Made by a program: the position numbers and the translations under genes. A stretch of DNA of 64,000 nt. Origin: a virus. Below the pieces are notes generated by a model that did not search any database, was not told the origin of the DNA, and saw only the letters and a program-made list of their open reading frames with translations. The stretch spans positions 1-64,000 of the IMG/VR virus record IMGVR_UViG_3300008952_002488, one strand, 5' to 3'. Shown piece after piece: positions 47,650-57,502 of this stretch. Positions within the stretch are counted from its first letter, which is position 1. Each line of letters starts with the position of its first letter.

Positions 47650-49517
47650 ACGAGCAAGACATCTCAACCCAAATCCTCTCGGATATTACAGTGTACATGA
47701 AGTACGCCCGTTATTTACCTAAACAAAAACGCCGTGAAACCTGGGATGAGTTAGTTACTCGGAACATGAAGATGCACCTCAAAAAATACCCGGAACTCAA
47801 AAAAGAAATCAAAGAGAATTATAAATTTGTATTTGACAAAAAGGTTTTGCCTTCCATGCGCTCCATGCAGTTTGCAGGCAAGCCCATTGAAATCTCTCCT
47901 AACCGCATCTTCAACTGCGCTTATGCCCCAGTAGATGACTGGCGTGTATTCGGCGAAATTATGTTTTTGTTGCTCGGTGGAACTGGTGTTGGATACTCGG
48001 TCCAGAAACACCATGTGGATGAACTGCCGGAAATTAGAAAACCAAATGCTAATCGCACTCGGAGGTATTTAATAAATGATAGTATTGAAGGATGGGCTGA
48101 TGCCGTCAAATATCTTATTCGCAGTTACTTCTTCGGTGGCTCACGGCTACGATTTGATTATAGCGATATTCGCCCTAAAGGCGCTCGCCTTGTAACCTCT
48201 GGCGGCAAAGCCCCAGGACCACAACCTCTCAAGGAATGCCTGGTTAAGGTCGAGGGTGTGCTCTCTGAAAAGGAAGATGGCAGCCGTCTGTCTGCTATTG
48301 AGGTCCACGACATCGTTTGCCATATTGCCGACGCTGTGTTGGCGGGTGGCATCCGTCGTGCTGCTCTCATTTCTTTGTTCTCCGCAGATGACAAGGAGAT
48401 GATTGCCTGTAAGGCTGGCAACTGGTGGGAACAAAACCCCCAGCGAGGACGAGCCAACAACTCCGCTGTACTTTTGCGGCACAGAATCACAAAAGAATTC
48501 TTCCTAGACTTGTGGAAGCGAGTGGAAGCATCCAACGCTGGCGAGCCTGGCATCTACCTGTCCAACGACAAGGACTGGGGAACCAACCCGTGCTGTGAGA
48601 TTGGACTACGACCCTTCCAGTTCTGTAACCTGACCGAAGTAAATGTCAGCAACATCACAGGACAGAACGACTTGGAAGAGCGGGTGAGGGCTGCCACCTT
48701 CATCGGCACACTCCAAGCAGGTTATACAGATTTTCATTATCTTCGCCCAGTCTGGCAGCGAACCACAGAGAAGGATGCCCTGATAGGGGTGTCTATGACT
48801 GGCATCGCTTCTGGTCGTGTGCTCCAAGATGACATTAGTTTGACGAACGCTGCCAACGTTGTGAAAGAAGAAAATGCCCGTGTTGCCCATGCGATTGGCA
48901 TCAACCCGGCAGCCCGCACAACCTGCGTTAAGCCTGCGGGAACCACGAGTTTGACTCTCGGAACATCCAGCGGCATCCACGCCTGGCACAACGACTATTA
49001 CGTCCGCCGAATCAGAGTTGGCAAAAATGAGCCAATTTATTGGCACCTTTCAATTCACCACCCTGAACTGGTGGAGGATGAGTACTTCCGCCCACACGAT
49101 ACAGCAGTCATCTCGGTGCCCCAACGAGCACCAGAAGGCTCTATCCTCCGTGACGAAAGTGCCTTCCAGCTTTTGCGGCGGGTAAAGAAAATTACAAGAG
49201 AATGGGTCAACCCTGGTAAACGCTCCGGACAGAACGGACACAACGTTTCAGCCACTATCTCCCTCCACGAAAACGAATGGACGGATGCTGGCGAGTGGAT
49301 GTGGAACAATCGCCACCACTACAACGGACTGTCAGTCTTGCCCCACAACGGCGGCACCTACCAGCAAGCACCCTTTGAGGACTGCTCTAAGGAGAAGTTT
49401 GAAGCGATGCTGGCTACGCTAGAAAACGTTGACCTCACCAAGATTGTTGAAGAGGATGACAACACCGACCTCAAAGGTGAGGCAGCCTGTGCTGGCGGTG
49501 CGTGCGAAATCACTTAA
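47646..49517 (+). CDS. nrdJ: class II (B12-dependent) ribonucleotide reductase
   Basis: PSMR, GTGVG, TNPCCEI, CNLTE, KPAGT, C-terminal CAGGAC; no nrdB nearby. Confidence 0.88.
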   Translation: MNEQDISTQILSDITVYMKYARYLPKQKRRETWDELVTRNMKMHLKKYPELKKEIKENYKFVFDKKVLPSMRSMQFAGKPIEISPNRIFNCAYAPVDDWRVFGEIMFLLLGGTGVGYSVQKHHVDELPEIRKPNANRTRRYLINDSIEGWADAVKYLIRSYFFGGSRLRFDYSDIRPKGARLVTSGGKAPGPQPLKECLVKVEGVLSEKEDGSRLSAIEVHDIVCHIADAVLAGGIRRAALISLFSADDKEMIACKAGNWWEQNPQRGRANNSAVLLRHRITKEFFLDLWKRVEASNAGEPGIYLSNDKDWGTNPCCEIGLRPFQFCNLTEVNVSNITGQNDLEERVRAATFIGTLQAGYTDFHYLRPVWQRTTEKDALIGVSMTGIASGRVLQDDISLTNAANVVKEENARVAHAIGINPAARTTCVKPAGTTSLTLGTSSGIHAWHNDYYVRRIRVGKNEPIYWHLSIHHPELVEDEYFRPHDTAVISVPQRAPEGSILRDESAFQLLRRVKKITREWVNPGKRSGQNGHNVSATISLHENEWTDAGEWMWNNRHHYNGLSVLPHNGGTYQQAPFEDCSKEKFEAMLATLENVDLTKIVEEDDNTDLKGEAACAGGACEIT

Positions 49518-49565
49518 AGGGAAGCAAAAAATATAATATAATGTAAGGGCAGAAAGGAGCCCATC

Positions 49566-49799
49566 ATGGCTACGCTAAACTTTATCATGCCCCGTGATTT
49601 GAAAGACGGCTTTTGTGAGCGAGAAGAAAAACAACACAAGGTCAAACATTCTTGGTTGCCATCTGGCCAAACCCGTGCTATCTTTGGAGACGAGATAGCG
49701 ATTGAGTGCTATTGTAAGCACTGCAACTTGCGAGAGTGGACCCAAACTTCTCGCTTGGAATTTGAAATGTTACAAGATATATGGAAGGAATTACAATGA
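49566..49799 (+). CDS. small hypothetical protein with CxxC
   Basis: AGGAG SD; CKHC. Confidence 0.6.
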   Translation: MATLNFIMPRDLKDGFCEREEKQHKVKHSWLPSGQTRAIFGDEIAIECYCKHCNLREWTQTSRLEFEMLQDIWKELQ

Positions 49800-50047
49800 A
49801 ACCATTGAATCGCAGACTACTTATTGAAGTCGTCGAGGAGGAGCCACAGCAGGGAACTTTCTTTGTTCCAGTAGAGGAAAAGATTGAAGAGTTTTTGACG
49901 GCTAAGGTTATTTCGTGTGCTGAAGATTGTACCAATGACCTGACTGGAAAGACTGTTGTCGTTCACTCTTATGGTACAGAAGAGGTTACAGTCAAGGGAA
50001 AGAAATATACTTTTATTGGAGAGAACAACCTGATTTGTGTAGAATGA
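49796..50047 (+). CDS. groES: GroES-like co-chaperonin
   Basis: MKPLNRRLLIE...YGTEEVTVKGKKYTFIGENNL; short mobile loop. Confidence 0.75.
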   Translation: MKPLNRRLLIEVVEEEPQQGTFFVPVEEKIEEFLTAKVISCAEDCTNDLTGKTVVVHSYGTEEVTVKGKKYTFIGENNLICVE

Positions 50048-50048
50048 T

Positions 50049-50747
50049 ATGAAAAAGATTTTGAGCGAATGGAAAAAGTTTTTAAATGAATCCGGGTTTA
50101 ACCGAATCAAGAATATCCTTCAGGGCAACGTAGCCTCTGTGGGTACAGTTGGTTTTATGACAGGTGAAAACCCTATGGCGCAAAAGATGTCATCCAAAGA
50201 AAACCGGATGCTCAACAAAGAGTTGATGGCTTGGATGCGTGAGCGTGGCTACGGACCCATTCGCATTAGAGGTCGCTTTGGAAACATGGAGAGATCTATG
50301 ATGATTCCCAACATCACCCGAGAAGATATGGTGGAGGCTGGCAAATACTTCAACCAAGAATCGGTTATTTGGGGAGAGAAGACCGACGAGAATGCATTTT
50401 TATTTGAGTACATCGAAGGCGATGTCACCGTCCAGCGCCGTGATGTTGTCTTGTTTGATGATGAAGTCCAGGCCCGTGAGGATTTTTATTCCCAAGAAAG
50501 ACAGTCAGCCGGACGCAAATTTTATATCCCCTTCTTTGACGATCAGTATGAGATGGAAGAAGGACATGAATATGATTACGACTTGCCAAGTCTAAGCGAA
50601 ACCCAACGAGAACAGAACAAAGAACTTATTAAAGAAATCAACGATAGGATTAGTTACACTTTGGACGCTAGTCGAGCCCCTAAATCTCGCTGGCATCATC
50701 GCCAAGTCCTTCGGCTTAAACTTCAGGAACTAAAAAATAAGTTATGA
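50049..50747 (+). CDS. leader-bearing protein (MKKILSEWKKFLNE), DUF3293-like domain
   Basis: T4 CTS-like leader; TGENP...N..L....G.F...E.S...FNQESVIW pattern. Confidence 0.6.
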   Translation: MKKILSEWKKFLNESGFNRIKNILQGNVASVGTVGFMTGENPMAQKMSSKENRMLNKELMAWMRERGYGPIRIRGRFGNMERSMMIPNITREDMVEAGKYFNQESVIWGEKTDENAFLFEYIEGDVTVQRRDVVLFDDEVQAREDFYSQERQSAGRKFYIPFFDDQYEMEEGHEYDYDLPSLSETQREQNKELIKEINDRISYTLDASRAPKSRWHHRQVLRLKLQELKNKL

Positions 50748-51256
50748 AAAAGATAATGGAAAACTTTAAAAAGTTTCTCGCCGAAGCGCAAAAGGGTGAC
50801 TATGAGGTTGGTGGCGAGTTGGTGCTATTCCACTACGCCCCAGTAGATGCGGAAGCAATTCTTGTAGACCCTAAGTACTTTGCGGACAGAGCCAAGAGAA
50901 GTTCCTTCACTAGAAATGAGTACGAAACAAGCACGGTCCCCAGAACTTTTTGGTATGTGGACCCGCAACAAAGAGAAAGACAAGTGGCTTCAGGACGCCA
51001 CTTGTATCAAGCCACAATCCCAGCGGGAGAAATCTATGACTTCAGAAACGACCCCGAAGGATACAAGAAAAAACATAGTCATCCAATTTATAAATTAAGA
51101 AAAGGCGAAGAGTGGAATACGATGCTAGAGGATATACGAGACAGCTATGCTGGTGTATACTATTCCCTGAGAGCTTTTGATGTAGTGTCGCTATTCGTAC
51201 CCTACGAGGCGACCCGAGTCCCACCCGAAGAACAAGCCCGATTAGAGGGCGAATAA
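50744..51256 (+). CDS. leader-bearing protein (MKKIMENFKKFLAE), possible ART-like fold
   Basis: CTS-like leader; LFHY...RTFWY...IYD pattern. Confidence 0.5.
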   Translation: MKKIMENFKKFLAEAQKGDYEVGGELVLFHYAPVDAEAILVDPKYFADRAKRSSFTRNEYETSTVPRTFWYVDPQQRERQVASGRHLYQATIPAGEIYDFRNDPEGYKKKHSHPIYKLRKGEEWNTMLEDIRDSYAGVYYSLRAFDVVSLFVPYEATRVPPEEQARLEGE

Positions 51257-51269
51257 GAAAGGCAACAAT

Positions 51270-51581
51270 ATGAGACTTAAAGGAGAATCCTACGGCATCC
51301 ATGTGGGAACATTTGTAATGAACTTCCATCATAAACTCTTACGGCTCGGCGTCGTGCGAGAGAAGCGGATCGGCGATCACGGCTGGGCCTATTGTAAGAT
51401 TGATTGGCTGGAGGATGATATTCATATCGCAAAAGTTGCATGGGACAAAAAAATGAGATCTTCCTATCGGGATCCTGAAGAAATCCGAGTAGACTGGCTC
51501 ACGCCAGTAAGCCCAAAGTGGTTGCAAAATGTTATGACTGCTTACGGAGAATATCAAAATGAGCGAAGAACAGAAATCTGA
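51270..51581 (+). CDS. hypothetical SH3-like protein
   Basis: VGTFV...LGVV...CKIDW pattern. Confidence 0.5.
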   Translation: MRLKGESYGIHVGTFVMNFHHKLLRLGVVREKRIGDHGWAYCKIDWLEDDIHIAKVAWDKKMRSSYRDPEEIRVDWLTPVSPKWLQNVMTAYGEYQNERRTEI

Positions 51582-51915
51582 AGAGGTTGCTGATGATCTA
51601 ATCCCGAAGCCACCACCTAAGTTGGCTCCGAGAGGGATTACCAGTTTCACAGTTTACCGCCAGCATGATGAGACAGGTGTCTCTGGTGATGGTGTTGTTA
51701 TTGAGGGCGTCGTTATGGCGACAGGTCAATGCGTTGTTCACTGGCTCTACCCACCGCCTCGTGGAGGTATTGCCATCTTTGATAGTATGAGTGATTTTGT
51801 GAAGGTTCACATCGAACCACACCCAGGTAACCAAACTATCATCACATATCAGGACGGACACAAAGATGTGTACGGACACAAAACCGAGGAAGATAAAGCG
51901 GATGAAAAGAAATAA
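51559..51915 (+). CDS. conserved-type phage hypothetical protein
   Basis: R..DETGVSGDGVVIEGV...G...W motif. Confidence 0.65.
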   Translation: MSEEQKSEEVADDLIPKPPPKLAPRGITSFTVYRQHDETGVSGDGVVIEGVVMATGQCVVHWLYPPPRGGIAIFDSMSDFVKVHIEPHPGNQTIITYQDGHKDVYGHKTEEDKADEKK

Positions 51916-51959
51916 TAATCCTACTTAAAACAATCGGAGTTCCCCATACGATGGGTGGA

Positions 51960-51991
51960 GAGCAGGGTTCGGGCTACCCTGCTCATTTTTT
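51960..51991 (+). terminator. intrinsic terminator
   Basis: GAGCAGGGT/ACCCTGCTC 9-bp stem followed by ATTTTTT. Confidence 0.8.
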
Positions 51992-51992
51992 C

Positions 51993-52020
51993 TTGAACTA
52001 TTCTAAAAGTAAGCTATACT
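51993..52020 (+). promoter_or_regulatory. sigma70-like promoter TTGAAC-N16-TATACT
   Basis: Direct read upstream of dnaE. Confidence 0.6.
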
Positions 52021-52050
52021 ATTATCACACCAAAATTAGAAAGGTAGTCA

Positions 52051-55000
52051 ATGACTAACCGAATTGAAAGTAAGATCCCCTTTGTGGGGTTACATGCTCA
52101 CTCAGGCTTATCTCCTTTCGATGGGCTAGGTATGCCCGGCGAGCACATGGACTTCGCCTACGAGAACGGGATGAACGCTCATGCTCTAACAGACCATGGG
52201 CACATGAATGGCTTGTCGTTTCAGGTAGAGCATCTCAAAAAGATGCGAGCCGACGGCAAAGATTTTAAAGCTTTGTACGGGTGTGAGTCTTATTTTATTA
52301 AGTCACACAAGAAGTGGCGTAAAATGTATGAGGAGCACCGCTCCAAAGTTAAGCGCCAAAAGAAGGAAGAGTACGGGCTTGTTATCGAAGATGAGGACCG
52401 GCAAAAGAAATTCAACCCTTTGAATATTCGCCGCCATCTCGTAATGATTGCCCAGAACCAGACAGGGCTAAACAACTTATTCAAGCTAGTGTCGGATAGT
52501 TATCAGCCTGAAAACTTCTATCGGTATCCCCGTATGGACTTTGAGATGCTGGACAAATACAATGAGGGTCTGATTATCAGCAGCGCCTGCATGTCGGGTC
52601 CTCTGTTTGGAGACTTCTGGAAGCATCGAGACCCTGACACGGGGGCCTACGACGCCGATGTAGTCTTGGCATCAATGAGAGACACTATTGCCCGCTTTAA
52701 GGAGATCTTCGGGGATAGATTTTACGGAGAAGTCCAGTGGAATGATATCATTGAGCAACATCAAGGTAACGCCCTCATTATTCAAGCCTGCGTGGAAATG
52801 GGCGTAGAGGTTATCAGCACAGCCGACAGCCACTACCCCCGACCAGAACTTTGGAAAGACCGAGAGATGTACCGCCGCATCGGCGGACAGTGGTGGGGTG
52901 ATGATGATGGGCTTCCCGAATCAGTAGAGGAAGTTGGCTACGAACTCTACCCAAAGAACGGTGACCAGATGATGGAAGCCTATAAAAAATATTCAGCTAA
53001 ATATAATATTGAATACGATGATGCCTTCATCCGTGATACAATTGAGCGGACACACCACATCGCCTTTGGCCGATGTGAGGACTTTGTTCCCAACAGCGAG
53101 GTTCGCCTCCCAGAGTTTGTTGTACCCGAAGGCAAGACAGCCATTCAGGCTCTGACCTCCGACGCTCTTGCGGGAATGAAGAAAAAGAATATCACAGACC
53201 CCGAGTATGTGGACCGTCTGAAGTACGAACTAAACATCATCAAGGAGCGAGGCTTCGCCCAATACTTCCTGACGATGAAAGCCATCTCGGATAAAGCCCA
53301 GGAGGAAATGCTGGTCGGACTCGGACGAGGTTCAGCCGCTGGCTCACTCCTGTCTTATGTCCTAGACATTACCCAGGTGGACCCAATCAAATATCAATTA
53401 CAGTTTGAGAGGTTCCTGACCAAGGGCGGCACGGGCTACCCCGACATTGACTTTGATGTTGAGGAGCCAATGGTTCTCAAGGAACAACTAGCAGAGGAGT
53501 GGGGCAAGACAACAGTGGTTCCCATCAGCAACTTCAACACGCTCCAACTCCGCTCACTCATCAAAGACATCGGCAAGTTTTATAATATCCCGTTCACCGA
53601 AGTGAACAAGGTGACTGGCGTAATGATGAGCGAAGCCACACCCCTAGCCAAGAAAGCGCACGGCCAAATCGCTGGCGTCTACACACCAACATTTGACGAG
53701 GTAAAAGAATACAGTGAAACCTTACAAGAGTTTTTTAGAAAGTACCCGGAGGTGGCTACTCATGTCGATAACCTCTTTGGCAATATGCGGAGTATTTCTC
53801 GGCACGCTGGTGGGGTGGTTGTTGCTGAAGACCTAGATAAACACATGCCGCTCATCAACTCCGGCGGTGTCATCCAAACACCGTGGAGCGAAGGTCAGAA
53901 CGTTAGACACCTTGAGCCCCTCGGCTTTATTAAGTTTGACCTGCTCGGCTTGTCAACTCTCCGTATGATTTCGGGAGCAATCCGCCACATCCTCAAACGC
54001 CATCAAGGTATCGAGGAGCCAACCTTCGAGCAGGTGAGAGATTATTATAATACTAATCTCCACCCAGACACGATTGACTTTGATAATCAGGAAGTCTGGC
54101 GTGAGGTATTCCACAAAGGCAAGTGGGCTGGCATCTTCCAGATGACTAACGGTGGAGCACAGCGGTTCTGCCAAGAAGCACAACCAGAATCCCTTTTGGA
54201 TTTTGCTGCGGTCACGGCTATTTTCCGCCCCGGTCCACTTAGCGCCAAGGCTCACAGCCTGTATGTTGCGAACAAGTCTAACCCTAGCCAAGTACACTAC
54301 GAGCACCCAATCATCAAAGAAGTTCTCGGAGATACATACGGGCTTCTGGTCTTCCAAGAGCAGTTGGCTATGCTCGCTCACAAGTTGGGTGATGACCTAT
54401 CGCTGGACGAGGGCAACCTGCTCCGCAAAGTCCTGACGAAAAAGGGAACAGGAAAAGATAATATCAAGACCAAACTTTATAATAAGTTTGTGAAGGGCTG
54501 CGGCAAACACGGACTCACCGAAGATGTAGCCAAGAACTTGTGGTCTAAGATGGAATACTTTTCAGGCTACGGCTTCAACTTATCACACGCTGTATCCTAC
54601 GGAGCCGTATCCTTTCAGTGTGCTTGGCTCAGTTATTATTATCCGGTTGAGTGGATGGCTGCGTTCCTAGACAAGGAACCAGAAGACAAGAAGGCAGGAG
54701 CAATCAACACAGCCAAGTCCTTTGGGTTTGAGATTGTCCCGCCAAGCGTCAACAAGTCAGGGCGAGTCTGGGAGATTGCCGAGGACGGCAAGACTTTGAT
54801 TCAGCCGCTCGCAGGCATCAAGGGTCTGGGCGACGCAGCGATTGACCAGATTGTAGCCAACCGACCCTTCAATAGTATTGAGGAGTTTATCTTCAACGAG
54901 AACATCACATACTCCAAACTCAACAAGAAGGCTTTGGATGTGCTGGTCAGGAGCAAAGCCCTTGACGAGTTGATGGACGACAGGTTTACAGGTCTTCGCC

Positions 55001-55461
55001 ACTTCTGGTCTGCCGTCGCTGTGGACAGGCCACGCAAGGAAAAGAACCTGCTGGAAAATATTGATGTCTACGCACCCGAGGGAGACTTCTCCGAAGAAGA
55101 GAAGTTGGAGCACTTCGCATCGCTCACAGGCATCTTCCCTATCCACGAGATCATGCCACAGGAAATCCAAGACAACCTGATGACCCGTGGCTGTCCGCCC
55201 ATCAGCGAGTACGACCCCGACCTCCAACTGGTCTGGTTCATTCCGAGGGAAGTGAAAATAAAGAAGACAAAGAACGGTAAGGAATACTGGGTCATCCACA
55301 CCACCGACAGCAACGCCTTTGATGCTCGCATCCGCTGCTGGGGGGTGAGAGATGACGACAAGATTTCCCTTAACAAAGTATACGTTGCTAACTTAGAATA
55401 TAACGAGAAGTGGGGTTTCAGCACCCGCTCGCTTAGAAGGACATTTAGGAGGCTCACTTGA
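52051..55461 (+). CDS. dnaE: DNA polymerase III alpha subunit (family C)
   Basis: PHP motifs HAHS and TDHG; GRGSAAGS; PDIDFD; RHAGGVV; KFDLLGL; GFNLSHA. Confidence 0.96.
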   Translation: MTNRIESKIPFVGLHAHSGLSPFDGLGMPGEHMDFAYENGMNAHALTDHGHMNGLSFQVEHLKKMRADGKDFKALYGCESYFIKSHKKWRKMYEEHRSKVKRQKKEEYGLVIEDEDRQKKFNPLNIRRHLVMIAQNQTGLNNLFKLVSDSYQPENFYRYPRMDFEMLDKYNEGLIISSACMSGPLFGDFWKHRDPDTGAYDADVVLASMRDTIARFKEIFGDRFYGEVQWNDIIEQHQGNALIIQACVEMGVEVISTADSHYPRPELWKDREMYRRIGGQWWGDDDGLPESVEEVGYELYPKNGDQMMEAYKKYSAKYNIEYDDAFIRDTIERTHHIAFGRCEDFVPNSEVRLPEFVVPEGKTAIQALTSDALAGMKKKNITDPEYVDRLKYELNIIKERGFAQYFLTMKAISDKAQEEMLVGLGRGSAAGSLLSYVLDITQVDPIKYQLQFERFLTKGGTGYPDIDFDVEEPMVLKEQLAEEWGKTTVVPISNFNTLQLRSLIKDIGKFYNIPFTEVNKVTGVMMSEATPLAKKAHGQIAGVYTPTFDEVKEYSETLQEFFRKYPEVATHVDNLFGNMRSISRHAGGVVVAEDLDKHMPLINSGGVIQTPWSEGQNVRHLEPLGFIKFDLLGLSTLRMISGAIRHILKRHQGIEEPTFEQVRDYYNTNLHPDTIDFDNQEVWREVFHKGKWAGIFQMTNGGAQRFCQEAQPESLLDFAAVTAIFRPGPLSAKAHSLYVANKSNPSQVHYEHPIIKEVLGDTYGLLVFQEQLAMLAHKLGDDLSLDEGNLLRKVLTKKGTGKDNIKTKLYNKFVKGCGKHGLTEDVAKNLWSKMEYFSGYGFNLSHAVSYGAVSFQCAWLSYYYPVEWMAAFLDKEPEDKKAGAINTAKSFGFEIVPPSVNKSGRVWEIAEDGKTLIQPLAGIKGLGDAAIDQIVANRPFNSIEEFIFNENITYSKLNKKALDVLVRSKALDELMDDRFTGLRHFWSAVAVDRPRKEKNLLENIDVYAPEGDFSEEEKLEHFASLTGIFPIHEIMPQEIQDNLMTRGCPPISEYDPDLQLVWFIPREVKIKKTKNGKEYWVIHTTDSNAFDARIRCWGVRDDDKISLNKVYVANLEYNEKWGFSTRSLRRTFRRLT

Positions 55462-56009
55462 AGAAGTATCAAATCATTTATGCTGACCCACCCTGGGATT
55501 ACAAAGGACAACTTCAGCACACCGGCAAAGGTGGTCCTGATAGTGGAGGAGCAACCCGCCACTACGGCTGTATGAAGTTGCCTGAACTCAAGAAGCTTGA
55601 TGTTCCAAGTTTGTGCGACGATGACTGTTTGCTTTTCCTGTGGGCAACAAGCCCACACCTTGATCAAGCTATCGAACTTATGAAGGCGTGGGGATTCTCC
55701 TGGGCAACCGTAGGGTTTGTGTGGGACAAACAAAAAGTAAACCCCGGCTTCTATACGATGAGTCAAGTAGAACTATGCTTGATTGGCAAGCGTGGAAAGA
55801 TCCCCAAGCCAAGAGGAGCCCGCAACATCCGCCAACTGGTTTCAGAGATGCGAGGGAAGCACAGCGCCAAACCGGCGGAAGTAAGAAAAAGAATTGAGGA
55901 AATGTTCCCAGAGCAGAGCAAGATTGAATTGTTTGCTCGCCACGAAGTTGATGGCTGGGACTGTCACGGCGATGAAGTCGAAGCAGATATTATCTTGGCG
56001 GCGAGCTAA
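55458..56009 (+). CDS. MT-A70-family adenine methyltransferase
   Basis: IYADPPW, LFLWAT, WGF, HSAKP, ELFAR. Confidence 0.9.
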   Translation: MKKYQIIYADPPWDYKGQLQHTGKGGPDSGGATRHYGCMKLPELKKLDVPSLCDDDCLLFLWATSPHLDQAIELMKAWGFSWATVGFVWDKQKVNPGFYTMSQVELCLIGKRGKIPKPRGARNIRQLVSEMRGKHSAKPAEVRKRIEEMFPEQSKIELFARHEVDGWDCHGDEVEADIILAAS

Positions 56010-56566
56010 TGAAAGACCAAACAAATTTATTTAATGTTGCTGATGAATGTTATGACTGCGGGTGTGATCTGAAACCAGCCTGCGCTGACCGAGAAGGAAA
56101 CAAAATGAAAGTAAGAGTCCAACGACTTCACAAGAACGCCAAGCTCCCTGTACGAGCACACCCAGCAGATGCCGGCATGGATTTGTTTTTTTGCCCAGCG
56201 CCACGGGACGACATCCCAAAGCAGATTGAGAGCGTCTTGCCTCATGGATCATCGCTCTTCCCGACTGGACTAAAGATTGAGGTACCAGAGGGATACATGC
56301 TGGAAATCAAGAACAAGTCTGGCATCGCTTCCAAGCGTGGTTTGGTCGTTGGAGCCTGTGTCGTGGACCGAGGATACACAGGAGAGATCTTCGTGAACCT
56401 TCACAACCCGAGTGACCGAACACAGACCCTCCACGCTGGTGACAAGATTGCCCAAGCCGTCTTCGTAAAGATTACCACGGATGTTCAGTTGGTGGAGTCT
56501 GACAGCATCTACGACGACGAAACCAGCAGGGGCGAAGGAGCCCTCGGTTCCACGGGAGACAGATAA
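56009..56566 (+). CDS. dut: dUTPase (start may be ATG 56105)
   Basis: AGMDL, KSG, VDRGYTGE, GDKIAQ, RGEGALGSTG. Confidence 0.93.
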   Translation: MKDQTNLFNVADECYDCGCDLKPACADREGNKMKVRVQRLHKNAKLPVRAHPADAGMDLFFCPAPRDDIPKQIESVLPHGSSLFPTGLKIEVPEGYMLEIKNKSGIASKRGLVVGACVVDRGYTGEIFVNLHNPSDRTQTLHAGDKIAQAVFVKITTDVQLVESDSIYDDETSRGEGALGSTGDR

Positions 56567-56630
56567 AATACGTCACATGACCGATGCTCTATCATAGTTA
56601 CTATAGAAAGGAGCAGTGCCGATTATTTAA

Positions 56631-56658
56631 TTGACCTCTGCCCAGGGAATGGTATACT
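56631..56658 (+). promoter_or_regulatory. sigma70-like promoter TTGACC-N16-TATACT with TG
   Basis: Direct read. Confidence 0.6.
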
Positions 56659-56676
56659 ATGGGTGAGGAGAGGTCT

Positions 56677-56913
56677 GTGGCTACTGCATTATATCGTCTG
56701 GCGATTTTAGAATCTCAACCGATTCGAAACCCGAATGAACTACTAGAGTGGGACCGCCTACGCAAGTGGGTTCTAAGCGATGACCGACTGCTCCAGCAGT
56801 ACCGAGAGCAACGCTACTTTACCTGTGCGGATGAAATTACTAAAAACGAGATGGCTCCGAAAAATAATCGCTCCATAATTTCCAGATTTTTGAACTTTAT
56901 TTTCCGACGATAA
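56677..56913 (+). CDS. hypothetical protein
   Basis: GTG start with GAGGAG SD. Confidence 0.55.
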   Translation: MATALYRLAILESQPIRNPNELLEWDRLRKWVLSDDRLLQQYREQRYFTCADEITKNEMAPKNNRSIISRFLNFIFRR

Positions 56914-56916
56914 AAC

Positions 56917-56947
56917 TTGACAGACTGTCTTTCCATGATAATATAAT
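56917..56947 (+). promoter_or_regulatory. sigma70-like promoter heading the mini-gene array
   Basis: TTGACA followed by TGATAATATAAT. Confidence 0.6.
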
Positions 56948-56962
56948 CATGAGGAGAGAGCC

Positions 56963-57124
56963 ATGAAACCGAAGTTCAAGGAACTCATTAAAATTATCGT
57001 TGAGAACACTGACCCGTCTATGTCTCGCATGGAGGCATGGGAAGCGGTTGCTGTTGTCGTCCCAGAACTGACTTGGGAAAGTTTCAAACGCATTCAGCCC
57101 TTGGCGGAACGGAAGCGCAAGTGA
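56963..57124 (+). CDS. 53-aa hypothetical protein (MKPKFKELIKII...)
   Basis: Manual translation; GAGGAG SD; GTGA overlap. Confidence 0.6.
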   Translation: MKPKFKELIKIIVENTDPSMSRMEAWEAVAVVVPELTWESFKRIQPLAERKRK

Positions 57125-57321
57125 GCAACGAGTGGCGTAAAAACCTGAAGGTCGGCGACCTCGTTATGATGAGGTCAGACCATATGGCTATTCTTACAGA
57201 TGTCAACTGGCGCTCGGAAGATTCAGAGTATCCCCATGTTAAGTTGCGGTACACTGATGACGACAGCAACGGTAGCTGTAGTGCTTGGCGAGTCAAGGAG
57301 GTGTTGAGTGAGAGTCGGTGA
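57121..57321 (+). CDS. GDLV SH3/KOW-like mini-protein 1
   Basis: LKVGDLVMM; ends EVLSESR. Confidence 0.7.
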   Translation: MSNEWRKNLKVGDLVMMRSDHMAILTDVNWRSEDSEYPHVKLRYTDDDSNGSCSAWRVKEVLSESR

Positions 57322-57502
57322 TTTGGTAACGTTCCAGCACGAAATGGACAACTCAGTTTCTGGTGTTATTGTAAAAGTTTATGCCCCACCCAAAAGCCCA
57401 GCGGGCTATATGTGGTGCGACGTTCTCTGGAGCTTTATGCCCGGCAACTCCCCGTGTAAGCAACGCTGGTGTGAATTGGAGATTTTAAATGAAGCCGGGT
57501 GA
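57308..57502 (+). CDS. GDLV SH3/KOW-like mini-protein 2
   Basis: MRVGDLVTF...GVIV...DVLW. Confidence 0.75.
   Translation: MRVGDLVTFQHEMDNSVSGVIVKVYAPPKSPAGYMWCDVLWSFMPGNSPCKQRWCELEILNEAG

Noticed and set aside
57037-57120. Upstream extensions of array ORFs in the track (57037, 57601, 57737, 58265, 59395, 59588, 60190)
   Set aside because: They overlap real upstream genes or promoters; SD positions and the shared GDLV start pattern indicate later starts.
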